Positions 8,021 to 17,691 of a stretch of 64,000 nucleotides of DNA are shown piece after piece (position 1 is the first letter of the stretch; each line of letters begins with the position of its first letter). Location: IMG/VR virus record IMGVR_UViG_3300028829_002760, positions 45,935 to 109,934 of that record, one strand, 5' to 3'. This DNA is from a virus. The notes beneath the pieces are model-generated. The model saw nothing but the letters and a program-made list of their open reading frames with translations, was not told where the DNA came from and ran no database searches. The translations under genes were made by a program, and so were the position numbers.

Positions 8021-8413
8021 ATGAGTAAAAATCAGAAATCAAGTAATAAACAATATAATGAGCATGGTAGAGAATATGCTCCATATAATGATGATATTAT
8101 TATTGCACATTTAAATGGAATGTCAGATTTAGAAATAGCTAATGTTTTAGAGAGAAAAGTAAAAAATCTTTCTAAACAAAGAACAAGAGTAATTCGTGAT
8201 TTTGTATTAAATAATATAAGATCAATGAACTATTTTGTTTGGATGGCACATAAGCATAAGTTGGAAAATGATTTATTAATTGAAAAATTAAATGCTGTTG
8301 GAATTAAAATTGAAGTTGAAGTTTGTGATAAAGATATATCAGATGATATTAAAAATAATTTTAATACTGTTTCAAATGGTAAAAAAATTAAAGATCCAAA
8401 ATGGGAAGTATAG
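8021..8413 (+). CDS. Hypothetical protein, possible HTH
   Basis: 130 aa; GMSDLEIANVLERKVKNLSKQR is HTH-like. Confidence 0.6.
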   Translation: MSKNQKSSNKQYNEHGREYAPYNDDIIIAHLNGMSDLEIANVLERKVKNLSKQRTRVIRDFVLNNIRSMNYFVWMAHKHKLENDLLIEKLNAVGIKIEVEVCDKDISDDIKNNFNTVSNGKKIKDPKWEV

Positions 8414-8661
8414 CAGAAACAGATTTAATTAAACTTGGCTTTGAAAAAATCATAGTTAAGAATGAAGAAAGTCAAAACGGTTTTGATTACTATTATTATA
8501 TTAAAGAGGTTTGTAAAAATGTCTTACTACATAGTACAGATAGTAAGGATGTTAAAAATGATAACTGGGAACTTAAATGTTATGAGATCCCTAGTATTAA
8601 AATTTCTAATATTTATAATTTTAATCAATTTATAGAAGTGTTGAACAATATAATTTGTTAA
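8401..8661 (+). CDS. Hypothetical protein
   Basis: 86-aa ORF overlapping its neighbours. Confidence 0.65.
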   Translation: MGSIAETDLIKLGFEKIIVKNEESQNGFDYYYYIKEVCKNVLLHSTDSKDVKNDNWELKCYEIPSIKISNIYNFNQFIEVLNNIIC

Positions 8662-9017
8662 TAATGTTTAGTGGAAAATTTATAAAGAAAGACGGTAAAA
8701 TTGTATATGATTCCCCAAAAGATAAATTATCCTATGAGATTTTTATAGGTAAGTTAAAAGAGGGTCAAAAAGTTGAAATGTATATAGATTTGGCTAGTTC
8801 AGATAAAAGTACAGCACAACTTGCAAAAGTACATGCGTGTATTAGAGAATTAGCAAAAGAATCTGGTAATACATTTGACGATATGAAAAATATTATAAAG
8901 AAAGAAGCAGGATTTGAAGATAAATCTTTTGCTGACTGTAGTAAAGATGAATTAATGTTTGCTATTGAAGCTTGTATAGATTTAGGTAAAAATTATTTTA
9001 ATCTAAACCTTCATTAG
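8655..9017 (+). CDS. NinB/Orf-like protein
   Basis: KSTAQLAKVHACIRELAKESG...SFADCSKDELMFAIE resembles the NinB pattern; start may be at 8664. Confidence 0.5.
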   Translation: MLIMFSGKFIKKDGKIVYDSPKDKLSYEIFIGKLKEGQKVEMYIDLASSDKSTAQLAKVHACIRELAKESGNTFDDMKNIIKKEAGFEDKSFADCSKDELMFAIEACIDLGKNYFNLNLH

Positions 9018-9333
9018 ATTCAAGTTTAGGTTCTTCATATCCTTCATCACCAGGTTGAAGAACTTCTTTTTCTATAAATAAGTTATTTTCAGTAGCTTGT
9101 TTTTCTATTTCAGCTAGTAAAAGAACAATAGTATAAAATGCTCGTTGATCATCATCAAGATTTTCATATTTATCATTCATGATTTTCTTAAAATACTCAT
9201 CACCATTTTCTTTATCTGGAATATTCATTCCTTTTAATATTGTGTAAGATGCTGCTTTTGCCATCATATAGTAACTTTTATTTACTTTTACGTCAAGCAT
9301 TGCATCATCTTTTAACTCTTTTACTTTTATCAT
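8998..9333 (-). CDS. Hypothetical protein (only minus-strand gene in the early block)
   Basis: ORF track 8998..9468 overlaps ung; likely true start MIKVKELKDD at 9333; fills an otherwise empty 320-bp gap. Confidence 0.7.
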   Translation of the reverse strand: MIKVKELKDDAMLDVKVNKSYYMMAKAASYTILKGMNIPDKENGDEYFKKIMNDKYENLDDDQRAFYTIVLLLAEIEKQATENNLFIEKEVLQPGDEGYEEPKLESNEGLD

Positions 9334-9364
9334 AATAATGAATTTTAACAAAAATAATAAAAAT

Positions 9365-10063
9365 ATGCAATTAGAAGAAATTAAACTTAAATTGTTTGAA
9401 AAATTAAAACCTAGTGGGTGGGATAGAGTATTTAAATCTTTTATATTTAGTAGTGACTTTGACAACATAATTAAAAAATTATGGGATCTCAGTCAATCAG
9501 ATAAAAGATTTACTCCTCCATTAAAACAAGTCTTTAGAGCATTTGAAGAATGTCCTTATAATGATTTAAAAGTTGTTATGATAGGACAAGATCCCTACCC
9601 TCAATTAGGAGTTGCAGATGGTATAGCTTTTTCTTGTTCTAATACAGGAAAAGAAAAACCATCTTTAAGATATATTTTTAAAGCAGTTGAAGACACTGTT
9701 TATCCTGGTGAAGGTCATTCTTGGGATCCAGATCTTAAAAGATGGTCTAATCAAGGTATTCTTATGTTAAACACAGCGTTAACAGTTGAGGTAGGTAAAA
9801 TAGGTAGTCATTATGATATATGGAAACCTTTTACTGCTTATTTACTTGATTGGTTAACTAATTATAATACTGGATTAATTTATGCCTATATGGGAAAAAA
9901 AGCTGAAGAATGGTCTGAACTTACTAATGACAATAATCATAAGTTTTTTGTTAAACATCCTGCTTCTGCTGCTTATAACGGGTCTAAGTGGGATTGTGAT
10001 AATCTATTTACTAAAGTATCTAGCTTATCGAATAAATTAAATGGAGAACCTATAATTTGGTAA
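9365..10063 (+). CDS. ung: Uracil-DNA glycosylase (family 1)
   Basis: VFRAF, VVMIGQDPY, GIAFS, PSLRYIF, QGILMLNTALTV, HPAS motifs; start probably MQLEE at 9365. Confidence 0.95.
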   Translation: MQLEEIKLKLFEKLKPSGWDRVFKSFIFSSDFDNIIKKLWDLSQSDKRFTPPLKQVFRAFEECPYNDLKVVMIGQDPYPQLGVADGIAFSCSNTGKEKPSLRYIFKAVEDTVYPGEGHSWDPDLKRWSNQGILMLNTALTVEVGKIGSHYDIWKPFTAYLLDWLTNYNTGLIYAYMGKKAEEWSELTNDNNHKFFVKHPASAAYNGSKWDCDNLFTKVSSLSNKLNGEPIIW

Positions 10064-10065
10064 TT

Positions 10066-10653
10066 ATGAATGAAATATTTAATTTATTGATTAAAGAGAA
10101 TTTAACACCAAATTCTTTTTATATTTTATATTGTATAAAAGAAAATATAGTACCCTCTAAAATAGTATCTAAAGAGCTAGAATGTAAGAGGTTAAGTAAT
10201 CAAGAATGGATTGATGATAATTTGGAATTGACTACGAAAAGTATTATTTTTATGACTAAGATTGATGCTTACTTTAAGAAATCTAAGAAGAAAACTTCTA
10301 AAATTTTAATGGGTGATAATTTCATGCAGAATATAGATGCATATGTAAAATTATTCCCTAATAAAAAGTTATCATCTGGTAAATATGCAAGAGTACCTGC
10401 TAAAAGTTTGGAAAATGCTTTTAGATGGTTCTTTGAGAATTATGAATATGATTGGCAAACTATATTTTCTGCAACTCAGAAGTATATTGGTGAATATGAA
10501 ACTAAGAATTATGATTATATGAGGACATCTCGTTACTTTATTAGAAAACAGAATGTGGATAAATCTTGGGACTCTGATCTAGCTGTCTATTGTGAGTATT
10601 TAAATGATGCTCCTGAAAATGATGAAAACCCTTTTGAAGAATTAATTATATAA
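10066..10653 (+). CDS. Hypothetical replication-region protein (possible initiator/helicase loader)
   Basis: ORF track 10057..10653, directly upstream of DnaB; function inferred from position only. Confidence 0.55.
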   Translation: MNEIFNLLIKENLTPNSFYILYCIKENIVPSKIVSKELECKRLSNQEWIDDNLELTTKSIIFMTKIDAYFKKSKKKTSKILMGDNFMQNIDAYVKLFPNKKLSSGKYARVPAKSLENAFRWFFENYEYDWQTIFSATQKYIGEYETKNYDYMRTSRYFIRKQNVDKSWDSDLAVYCEYLNDAPENDENPFEELII

Positions 10654-10663
10654 ACAAATTAAT

Positions 10664-11671
10664 ATGCCAAAACTCTTTGATGGTGCTAAGCACTTATTAC
10701 CAGTTAGTGAAAGAGAGAGTCTAGAAAAAGGTCTTATTAAAATGAAAGCAAGAAGAGAAGGTAAACTACCTTCTTTAATAAGTTCTTGGCCTAAATTTAA
10801 TGATGCTTTTTGTGATGGACTTGAATGGAAAACAATTACTGTAGTGGGTGCAAGACCTGGTACTGGTAAAACACTTTTTATGGACCAATTAGTTTCAGAT
10901 ATTGTTAAGATAAACACTAATCAAGTGTTTAGAATTCTTAAGTTCCAAATGGAAATGGTAGATGAAACTAGTGCTATAAGAAAGTTTGGTCTGATTACAG
11001 GTGCTGATTATAATACATTAATGAGTAAAGATGGAAAATTAGTTGATAGAGGTATTTATGACAAGTGTGTAGATTATTATAAAGAAAGTTCTAGGAATGA
11101 TATTATAAATGTAATCTATGATGTATGTACTGTTAAAGAGATGTGCGCTTCAATTCATTATGAATTTGAAAGACATAAAAAATCTAATGGTGCATATCAG
11201 AACATGCTAGTTACAATAGATCATTCAGCTTTATTTGCTGTAGACTTTGGTCAGAAAGATAAATTTGCAATGTTAAATGCATTAGGAGAAGCATTGACTA
11301 TGATGAAGAAAAACTATCCTGTTGCTTTTGTAGTATTAAGTCAATTAAATAGGAATATTGATGATCCCAAAAGACAGATAGAAGGTACGTATGGAAACTA
11401 TGTTTTAGATTCTGATATTTATGGTTCAGATGCTTTATTACAACATGCAGATATAGTAATGGGGATAAATAAACCTTCTATAAGAAAAATAAGAAAGTAT
11501 GGACCTGAAAAATTTATCATTGAAGACCCTGATACTTTAGTGTTTCATTTCTTAAAATCACGTAATGGTCTTATTAGAACTAGTTTTTTCAAATTAGATA
11601 GAACTACAATGAGAATAGAAGAAATGAATACTCCAGGTAGAGAAACAATAAAAACAATGAACCAATACTAA
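10664..11671 (+). CDS. dnaB: DnaB-like replicative helicase (RecA-fold domain only)
   Basis: GARPGTGKT, FQMEM, TIDH, LSQLNR, SDIYGSDALLQHADIV, LKSRNG. Confidence 0.9.
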   Translation: MPKLFDGAKHLLPVSERESLEKGLIKMKARREGKLPSLISSWPKFNDAFCDGLEWKTITVVGARPGTGKTLFMDQLVSDIVKINTNQVFRILKFQMEMVDETSAIRKFGLITGADYNTLMSKDGKLVDRGIYDKCVDYYKESSRNDIINVIYDVCTVKEMCASIHYEFERHKKSNGAYQNMLVTIDHSALFAVDFGQKDKFAMLNALGEALTMMKKNYPVAFVVLSQLNRNIDDPKRQIEGTYGNYVLDSDIYGSDALLQHADIVMGINKPSIRKIRKYGPEKFIIEDPDTLVFHFLKSRNGLIRTSFFKLDRTTMRIEEMNTPGRETIKTMNQY

Positions 11672-11681
11672 ATACTATGAA

Positions 11682-12278
11682 ATGAGTAAAAGAAAAGAAA
11701 AAGAAAGAGAATTTTATACACAACATATGGATGCTTTTAAAGCAATAGGTATTGCTGATCCATTTTTTACTATTAAAACAGCCTTTTTTAAGAAAGGTAA
11801 ATATGGTAGACAATGTCAATTTTTTGAATGGGAATTGAAAAAAGAAGAGGATATATATATTGAGTTCTATGATAATGTTTATGATGATAATGGGAAGAGT
11901 ACAGATATGATCCCCATGAATGATGATAGACAGTTATTTAAGCTAAAGTATAATCCGTACTATAATGAAGAATATGATTGCATTGAACAATATGATTCTA
12001 AAGGTAATCCAGATAAGAAGTTTCTGGTACCCGTAAATGAAATGTCAGTAGTATTAAGAAGTGGGCAAGAAATTAGTCATAGCTTATATGAAAAAAGAAA
12101 AGAAGATGCTAAATCAGAAATTCCTGAACTACAAAAATCTACTACATTGTTTCCTGATTTTGAAGAAGAGTTTCCATCTAATAAAGTAATAAATGATGAT
12201 GAATTTAAAAAAGCTTTAATAGATTTTGCACATAATTTGAAAAATGCAAGTGATGAATTAATAAAAAGAATATCATGA
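11682..12278 (+). CDS. Hypothetical protein
   Basis: 198-aa ORF in the replication cluster. Confidence 0.75.
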   Translation: MSKRKEKEREFYTQHMDAFKAIGIADPFFTIKTAFFKKGKYGRQCQFFEWELKKEEDIYIEFYDNVYDDNGKSTDMIPMNDDRQLFKLKYNPYYNEEYDCIEQYDSKGNPDKKFLVPVNEMSVVLRSGQEISHSLYEKRKEDAKSEIPELQKSTTLFPDFEEEFPSNKVINDDEFKKALIDFAHNLKNASDELIKRIS

Positions 12279-12997
12279 GTACAATAGTATTACCAACAAA
12301 AAAAGTAAAAGCTGAAAGAGTAAATCCAAAAAGATTATTAGTTTATTCTAAGCCTAAAACAGGTAAGACAACTGCATTTGCAGGTCTTAAGGATAATTTA
12401 ATTTTGGATTTAGAAAATGGTGCTGAATATGTAGAAGCATTAAAAATAAAAATTACTGATCTGCAAGAACTATTAGATACTGGTAAAGCAATTAAAGAAG
12501 CTGATAAACCATATAAATATGTAACTGTAGATACTGTAACAGCATTGGAAGAAATGATAATGCCTTTAGCAATAAAACAATATAAACAAACTCCCATGGG
12601 TAAAAACTATAGTGGAGATAATTTAACTACCTTAGCAAATGGTGCAGGATATTTATATATCCGTCAAGCATTTTTTCAAGTTTTAGATTTTATTGATACT
12701 TTAGCACCCACAATTATTTTATCTGGACACATCAAAGACAAAGTTGTTGATGATAAAGGAGAAATGGTTATGTCTGCTAATATTGATCTTACAGGTAAAA
12801 TTAAATCTTTAATTTGTGCCAATTCAGATGCAATAGGGTATATGTATAGAAAGGGTAACCAAACTATTATGTCTTTTAAGACTAATGATGAAGTTACGTG
12901 CGGAGCTCGTCCAGAACACTTACGTAATGAAGAAATAGTAATTACCGAAATGATTGATGGTGTTATAAAAACATCATGGGATAAAGTTTTTGTTTAA
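12275..12997 (+). CDS. AAA_24/Sak4-like P-loop ATPase (putative recombinase)
   Basis: YSKPKTGKT, ILDLENG, VTVDTVT, ILSGH, DAIGY. Confidence 0.8.
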   Translation: MSTIVLPTKKVKAERVNPKRLLVYSKPKTGKTTAFAGLKDNLILDLENGAEYVEALKIKITDLQELLDTGKAIKEADKPYKYVTVDTVTALEEMIMPLAIKQYKQTPMGKNYSGDNLTTLANGAGYLYIRQAFFQVLDFIDTLAPTIILSGHIKDKVVDDKGEMVMSANIDLTGKIKSLICANSDAIGYMYRKGNQTIMSFKTNDEVTCGARPEHLRNEEIVITEMIDGVIKTSWDKVFV

Positions 12998-13020
12998 TAA
13001 TTAAAAAAAAAGAAAAAAGT

Positions 13021-13698
13021 ATGGCTTTAAGTACAGAAGACTTGGGAACTGGATCTGGATCTGGTTTACCAAAAACAATTAGTCCAGGAAATAACATTTT
13101 AAAAATTAATAGCATTACACTAGATGTATTTAAATTTATTGATAATGCTTATCATTTAATGTTACATGTAGAAACTAAACCTATTGATGGGTTTGATGGT
13201 TTTTCTATTGATCGTAATAATCCAGATGCAGGAAATTATTCTGGACAAATTGGTAGAGTAAAAGCTAGTCAATATGCATTTGCAGATGGTGAAACTAAAT
13301 CTGGGATTAAAATCCAAAGAGATAGATCTATTCTAATATTCCTACAAAATCTTTGTAAGAATTTAGGTATAAATGATTGGATGGCTAATCAGCATAATGA
13401 GCATGAAACAATTGAAGATTTTGTTAAAGCGTTTAATGATGAAGCACCATTTAAAGATAAATATCTTGAATACTGTGTGGCAGGTAAAGAATATGTAGGT
13501 AAAACAGGTTATACTAATTATGACATGTGGTTACCAAAAGCACAAAATGGAAAGTATGCATTTGGTCAAGTTGAAAATGGTAAAGTTATTACCTATGATG
13601 AGAATACTCATTTAAAAAAACTTGAAAATAAACCAGTAGAAAGTTTTGGGGATGACTTTTCTAAAAAGAAATCTAATAAAGATTTTTCTCTAGACTAA
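13021..13698 (+). CDS. Putative ssDNA-binding/annealing partner protein
   Basis: Follows the Sak4-like ATPase; ends DFSLD; followed by a terminator. Function inferred from context. Confidence 0.5.
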   Translation: MALSTEDLGTGSGSGLPKTISPGNNILKINSITLDVFKFIDNAYHLMLHVETKPIDGFDGFSIDRNNPDAGNYSGQIGRVKASQYAFADGETKSGIKIQRDRSILIFLQNLCKNLGINDWMANQHNEHETIEDFVKAFNDEAPFKDKYLEYCVAGKEYVGKTGYTNYDMWLPKAQNGKYAFGQVENGKVITYDENTHLKKLENKPVESFGDDFSKKKSNKDFSLD

Positions 13699-13711
13699 TA
13701 AATTAAGTATA

Positions 13712-13742
13712 GAGGGGAATCATATGGTTCCCCTCAACTTTT
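13712..13742 (+). terminator. Rho-independent terminator
   Basis: GAGGGGAAT-CATATG-GTTCCCCTC hairpin then AACTTTT. Confidence 0.75.
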
Positions 13743-13754
13743 AAAATTTAGTCT

Positions 13755-14732
13755 ATGATTTCAACAAAAATAATTATTAATGACCTTAATCAAATACCTA
13801 GAGAATGGGTGTTTGAATTTTATTTAAATCTTACTGAAAGACTTTCTGGTCAGAGTTTAAAGATTAAATCTGTATTTAGTAGTAAAGATAAAGTACCTTC
13901 TATGTGTATCTATATTGATAACAATGGAAGATATAAATTTAAAGATTTTTCATCAGGATATGGTGGGGACGGTTTAAATTTAGTTATGCATTTATTCAAC
14001 CTAGAAAATAGAGGTAGAGCTTCTTTTAAGGTAATGGATGATTATAACGAGTATATTTCTAATAATACTTATGTACCTCTTGAATATAAACCTGAAAGTA
14101 AATATGCAATTTCTGATTATGAAATTAGACACTGGACAACATTAGATAAATCTTATTGGCAGATTTATAAATTAAATTCTACTGTTTTAGGTAATTATAA
14201 TGTTCATCCGTTGTCTTTCTATAAAATGATTAAAGAAGATGAAGGTAGAATATTAGACTCCTTTAGTATAAAAGGTAATTTTATTTATGGATATTTTAGA
14301 GAAGATGGTTCTTTATATAAGATCTATACTCCTAAAAATAAAGACAACAAGTTTATTAAAGTTTCTGATTATATACAAGGTAGTGATCAAATAAAATTTG
14401 ATTTTAAATATCTTATAATACTTTCATCACTGAAAGATTTAATGTGTTTTAAATTATTGCAAATTGGTAATACTGAATGTATTGCTCCAGATAGTGAGAA
14501 TAGTATAATCCCTACTAATTTTATGAAAACTTATTTAGATAAGTTTAGTAAAATTATTGTATTGTTTGATAATGATGAGCCTGGTATTAAATCAGCCAAA
14601 AAATATCAAAAACAATATAAGATAGATTATATAAATCTAGAATTATCAAAAGATCTTTCAGATTCTATAAAAGATCATGGTATAGATAAAGTTAGATCAG
14701 AAGTATTTCAATTACTAAAAAATAAATTATGA
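13755..14732 (+). CDS. dnaG: DNA primase (TOPRIM)
   Basis: SSLKDLM, APDSE, VLFDNDEPG, KDLSD; N-terminal degenerate zinc-binding-like region (PSMCIY...FKDFSSG). Confidence 0.85.
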   Translation: MISTKIIINDLNQIPREWVFEFYLNLTERLSGQSLKIKSVFSSKDKVPSMCIYIDNNGRYKFKDFSSGYGGDGLNLVMHLFNLENRGRASFKVMDDYNEYISNNTYVPLEYKPESKYAISDYEIRHWTTLDKSYWQIYKLNSTVLGNYNVHPLSFYKMIKEDEGRILDSFSIKGNFIYGYFREDGSLYKIYTPKNKDNKFIKVSDYIQGSDQIKFDFKYLIILSSLKDLMCFKLLQIGNTECIAPDSENSIIPTNFMKTYLDKFSKIIVLFDNDEPGIKSAKKYQKQYKIDYINLELSKDLSDSIKDHGIDKVRSEVFQLLKNKL

Positions 14733-15157
14733 GTTGGTTGTATAAAGCAGTAGAATTTACTGATGAAATGATTCCTGAAGAAGCTATAGGTTTTGTATAT
14801 GAGATGGAAGCAATTGTTGATGGTAAACCTGTACGTTATATAGGTAAAAAAAACTTTTTTAGTAATAGAAAGAAAAAATTTGGTAAAAAGAAATTAGCTG
14901 CTGTTAAAGATAAACGTAGTAAAAAGTATGAAATAATTACCAAGTTAAGTTATCAAAACTATTATAGTAGTAATAAAGTTTTACAAGATGCACATAAAGC
15001 AGGAGTCCCGATAAAAAGATATATAGTAAGAATATGTTTTTCTAAAACAGAATTAACATATTATGAAACTAAATTTCAATTTCAAAGGGAAGTCTTAGAA
15101 AAAGAAGAATACCTAAATGGAAACATATTAGGTAAATTTTACAAATTTAAATCATAA
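14729..15157 (+). CDS. GIY-YIG family nuclease
   Basis: GFVY...RYIGKK...NYYSS...E...YLNGNI. Confidence 0.75.
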   Translation: MSWLYKAVEFTDEMIPEEAIGFVYEMEAIVDGKPVRYIGKKNFFSNRKKKFGKKKLAAVKDKRSKKYEIITKLSYQNYYSSNKVLQDAHKAGVPIKRYIVRICFSKTELTYYETKFQFQREVLEKEEYLNGNILGKFYKFKS

Positions 15158-15163
15158 AAAGTT

Positions 15164-15592
15164 ATGGAAAAAAAGGTTATAGAAGAAACAGATATTATGG
15201 CAATCCTATTTGAACTTCATCAAGCAGGTGTTACAGGAGTAAATATATATTATGAAGGTAGTGGGGATAGTGGTTGTATTGAATCTGCAGTGTTTACAAA
15301 AAATAAATTAAGTGATGTTGAAGATACGGCATTTGATGAAATAACTCAAATAGATGCGTGGGATGGTGCAGGAAGTTTAGGTAAAGTATTTCCAGAGATA
15401 TATGTAAAATTAGAAGAATTTGTTACTGATTGTATCTTAGATGATATTGAAGATTGGTGGAACAATGATGGTGGGTATGGTACTTTATGTATAATAGTTC
15501 CTTCTGGTAAATATAAAGTATATAATAGTATACGTTATACTAAAACAGAAGACTATTACCATGAAGGTGAGCTACTTGAAAAAACAAACTAA
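15164..15592 (+). CDS. Conserved hypothetical protein (DUF6878-like)
   Basis: IYYEGSGDSGCIE and WWNNDGGYG motifs; family assignment from memory. Confidence 0.6.
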   Translation: MEKKVIEETDIMAILFELHQAGVTGVNIYYEGSGDSGCIESAVFTKNKLSDVEDTAFDEITQIDAWDGAGSLGKVFPEIYVKLEEFVTDCILDDIEDWWNNDGGYGTLCIIVPSGKYKVYNSIRYTKTEDYYHEGELLEKTN

Positions 15593-15594
15593 TT

Positions 15595-15936
15595 ATGGCA
15601 CATCCTAACATACATGCTAAATCCTCTGTAAAAAAATGGGGTGGTAAACCTGAAGATTATATTCATATACACGAATGGTTTGATGCAACTAAAGCCTGGA
15701 TAGGTCATAGTAAGCATAGAATGTTTAGACATCATTCAGAAGGTATATTTGAATGTGAAGAATATTTTGGTAAATCATTTACAAATTCAGATGGTAAAAC
15801 TGTATATACAAGATATGTTGGGGAACAACATGTAAAAGAAGACTGTAATAACTACATACCTTCTGCAAAAGAATGGGTAGATAATATTAATGAACCTGTT
15901 AAATGGATGGTTAAAACACTAAAAATTGAAGATTAA
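15595..15936 (+). CDS. Conserved His-rich hypothetical protein (DUF6915-like)
   Basis: MAHPNIHAKSSVKKWGG.PEDY..IHEWFD...HRMFRHHSEGIF...VGEQHVKED; family assignment from memory. Confidence 0.65.
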   Translation: MAHPNIHAKSSVKKWGGKPEDYIHIHEWFDATKAWIGHSKHRMFRHHSEGIFECEEYFGKSFTNSDGKTVYTRYVGEQHVKEDCNNYIPSAKEWVDNINEPVKWMVKTLKIED

Positions 15937-16328
15937 TGATTTTTGACAAAGAAGAAACAAGAAATATTTTAAATATGTTAAGATCTCCAGATAAGGAGAA
16001 TCATACAATTGCATTTGAAACATTAAAAAATGCTGATTTTAATAAATACATGGGAGAGTTAATTGTGATATACAAGTATAGTGGTCATTTACTTGAGTAT
16101 TGGCAAGAAGGCTGTCTTGATGCATATAAAATTTTAATTAATACCGTACCTGATCATTCATTAACAAGTCCTAAAACGTTAAGTCTTGTTAAAGAAATGA
16201 AAGGTTCTTCTACTGCAGTAGAAGTTTTTATGGAATATTTTATTAAAGATATGACTAAAATGTTACATGCAATTGGATATCCAACTGATGCGTTTGAAGT
16301 TAATATAAAATTAAAAGAAAATGAATAA
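15936..16328 (+). CDS. Hypothetical helical protein
   Basis: 130-aa ORF; TAATG coupling with the previous gene. Confidence 0.7.
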   Translation: MIFDKEETRNILNMLRSPDKENHTIAFETLKNADFNKYMGELIVIYKYSGHLLEYWQEGCLDAYKILINTVPDHSLTSPKTLSLVKEMKGSSTAVEVFMEYFIKDMTKMLHAIGYPTDAFEVNIKLKENE

Positions 16329-17502
16329 ACAAAGAAGTTTAAGTAAAGTTAGTAAAGATTTAATGCTTAAAGAACCTTATTATGGGTTCTTTCTTATTAT
16401 GCTTAATAAAGTATGGAGTAATAATCTTCCTACAGCAGGTGTAAGTAAACAAAATATAAATTTTCAACTTGCAATTAACCCTGAATTTTGGGAAAGTTTA
16501 TCTGAAAATCATATGATGGGTTTATTAAAACATGAACTACTTCATATTGCTTTTAATCATCTTACTACATTTAGTATGTTTCAAGATAAAAAACTTGCTA
16601 ATATAGCAATGGACATGGAGATCAATCAATATATTGATAAAGACTATTTACCTGAAGGTGGTATTGATATAGATACTTATTCACCTGAATTAGATCTTGA
16701 TAGACGTGCTGGTAGTAGATATTATTATGATAAACTAAAACAATTCCAAGATAAAAAAGATCAAAATGGTAGTTGTGGTTGTGAAGATATGGATGGTTTA
16801 TTAGATGATGTAAAAAATGGTAAAGGTCCTGATCATAGTACTTGGGAAGAATTTGAAGACTTACCAGAAGCTGAGAAAAAGTTAATTGAAAAACAATTAC
16901 AAAAAGTTCTTAGTGATGCTAAAGAACAAACTATTAAAAAACAAGGCAATATTCCAGGTGAAATGCAAGGTAGAATTATTGTAGAAGAAATAATTCCACC
17001 CAAATTTGATTGGAGAGGGTTTATTAGGAGGTTTACAGGTGTAAGTACCAAAGTTTTTACTAAAAAGATTAGAAGAAAAGAGAATCGTAGATTTGACGAT
17101 AATCCTGGTCTTAAAGTAAAAATGAGACAGCATATGTTATTAGGTATTGATACTTCAGGATCTGTAAGTAATAATGAACTTAAAGAATTTATGAATGAAA
17201 TTCATCATATTTATAAATGTGGTGTGGACATAACCATAGTTCAATGCGATACTCAAATTAAATCAATTGAACCTTACAAAGGTAAAAATGATTTAGAAGT
17301 ATTAGGTAGAGGAGGGACTTATTTTGACCCTGTTTTAGAATATTTTAATGCTAATCTAGGCAAGTATACAAGTCTTGTATATTTTACTGATGGTGAAGCA
17401 ACTGCATATGTAAAACCTAGAGGTCATGTGTTATGGGTTCTATCCGAGCAATCTTATTTAAATGAAGATTTACCAGGTAAAGTAATAAAATTAGAATTAT
17501 GA
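16321..17502 (+). CDS. Metallopeptidase plus vWA domain protein (DUF2201-like)
   Basis: HELLH zincin motif with NIAMDMEIN; MIDAS DTSGS, GRGGT, FTDG. Confidence 0.85.
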   Translation: MNKQRSLSKVSKDLMLKEPYYGFFLIMLNKVWSNNLPTAGVSKQNINFQLAINPEFWESLSENHMMGLLKHELLHIAFNHLTTFSMFQDKKLANIAMDMEINQYIDKDYLPEGGIDIDTYSPELDLDRRAGSRYYYDKLKQFQDKKDQNGSCGCEDMDGLLDDVKNGKGPDHSTWEEFEDLPEAEKKLIEKQLQKVLSDAKEQTIKKQGNIPGEMQGRIIVEEIIPPKFDWRGFIRRFTGVSTKVFTKKIRRKENRRFDDNPGLKVKMRQHMLLGIDTSGSVSNNELKEFMNEIHHIYKCGVDITIVQCDTQIKSIEPYKGKNDLEVLGRGGTYFDPVLEYFNANLGKYTSLVYFTDGEATAYVKPRGHVLWVLSEQSYLNEDLPGKVIKLEL

Positions 17503-17687
17503 TTTGTTGTATATGTGATAATGAATTTGACCAATATGAAGAAACAACTATTGGTCAAATGACAGTTAGAAATAAAGGTGGACATAATCCTTCTCCTGTT
17601 AAAGAAGAAGGAAGATGTTGCACAAAATGTAATTTTGAAGTAGTCATTCCAAAAAGACTAGAAGTAATAACTAATACAGAAAAATAA
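17499..17687 (+). CDS. Small zinc-finger protein
   Basis: CCIC...GHNP.P....RCCTKCN...V.P.R. Confidence 0.7.
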   Translation: MICCICDNEFDQYEETTIGQMTVRNKGGHNPSPVKEEGRCCTKCNFEVVIPKRLEVITNTEK

Positions 17688-17691
17688 TAAA

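Noticed and set aside
9334-9468. N-terminal extension of the minus-strand ORF 8998..9468
   Set aside because: It overlaps the ung start and begins at a non-ATG codon; ATG 9333 is more plausible.
14729-15157. GIY-YIG gene as a mobile homing endonuclease
   Set aside because: It is short, lacks a C-terminal DNA-binding extension and is coupled to primase, which fits a resident nuclease better.
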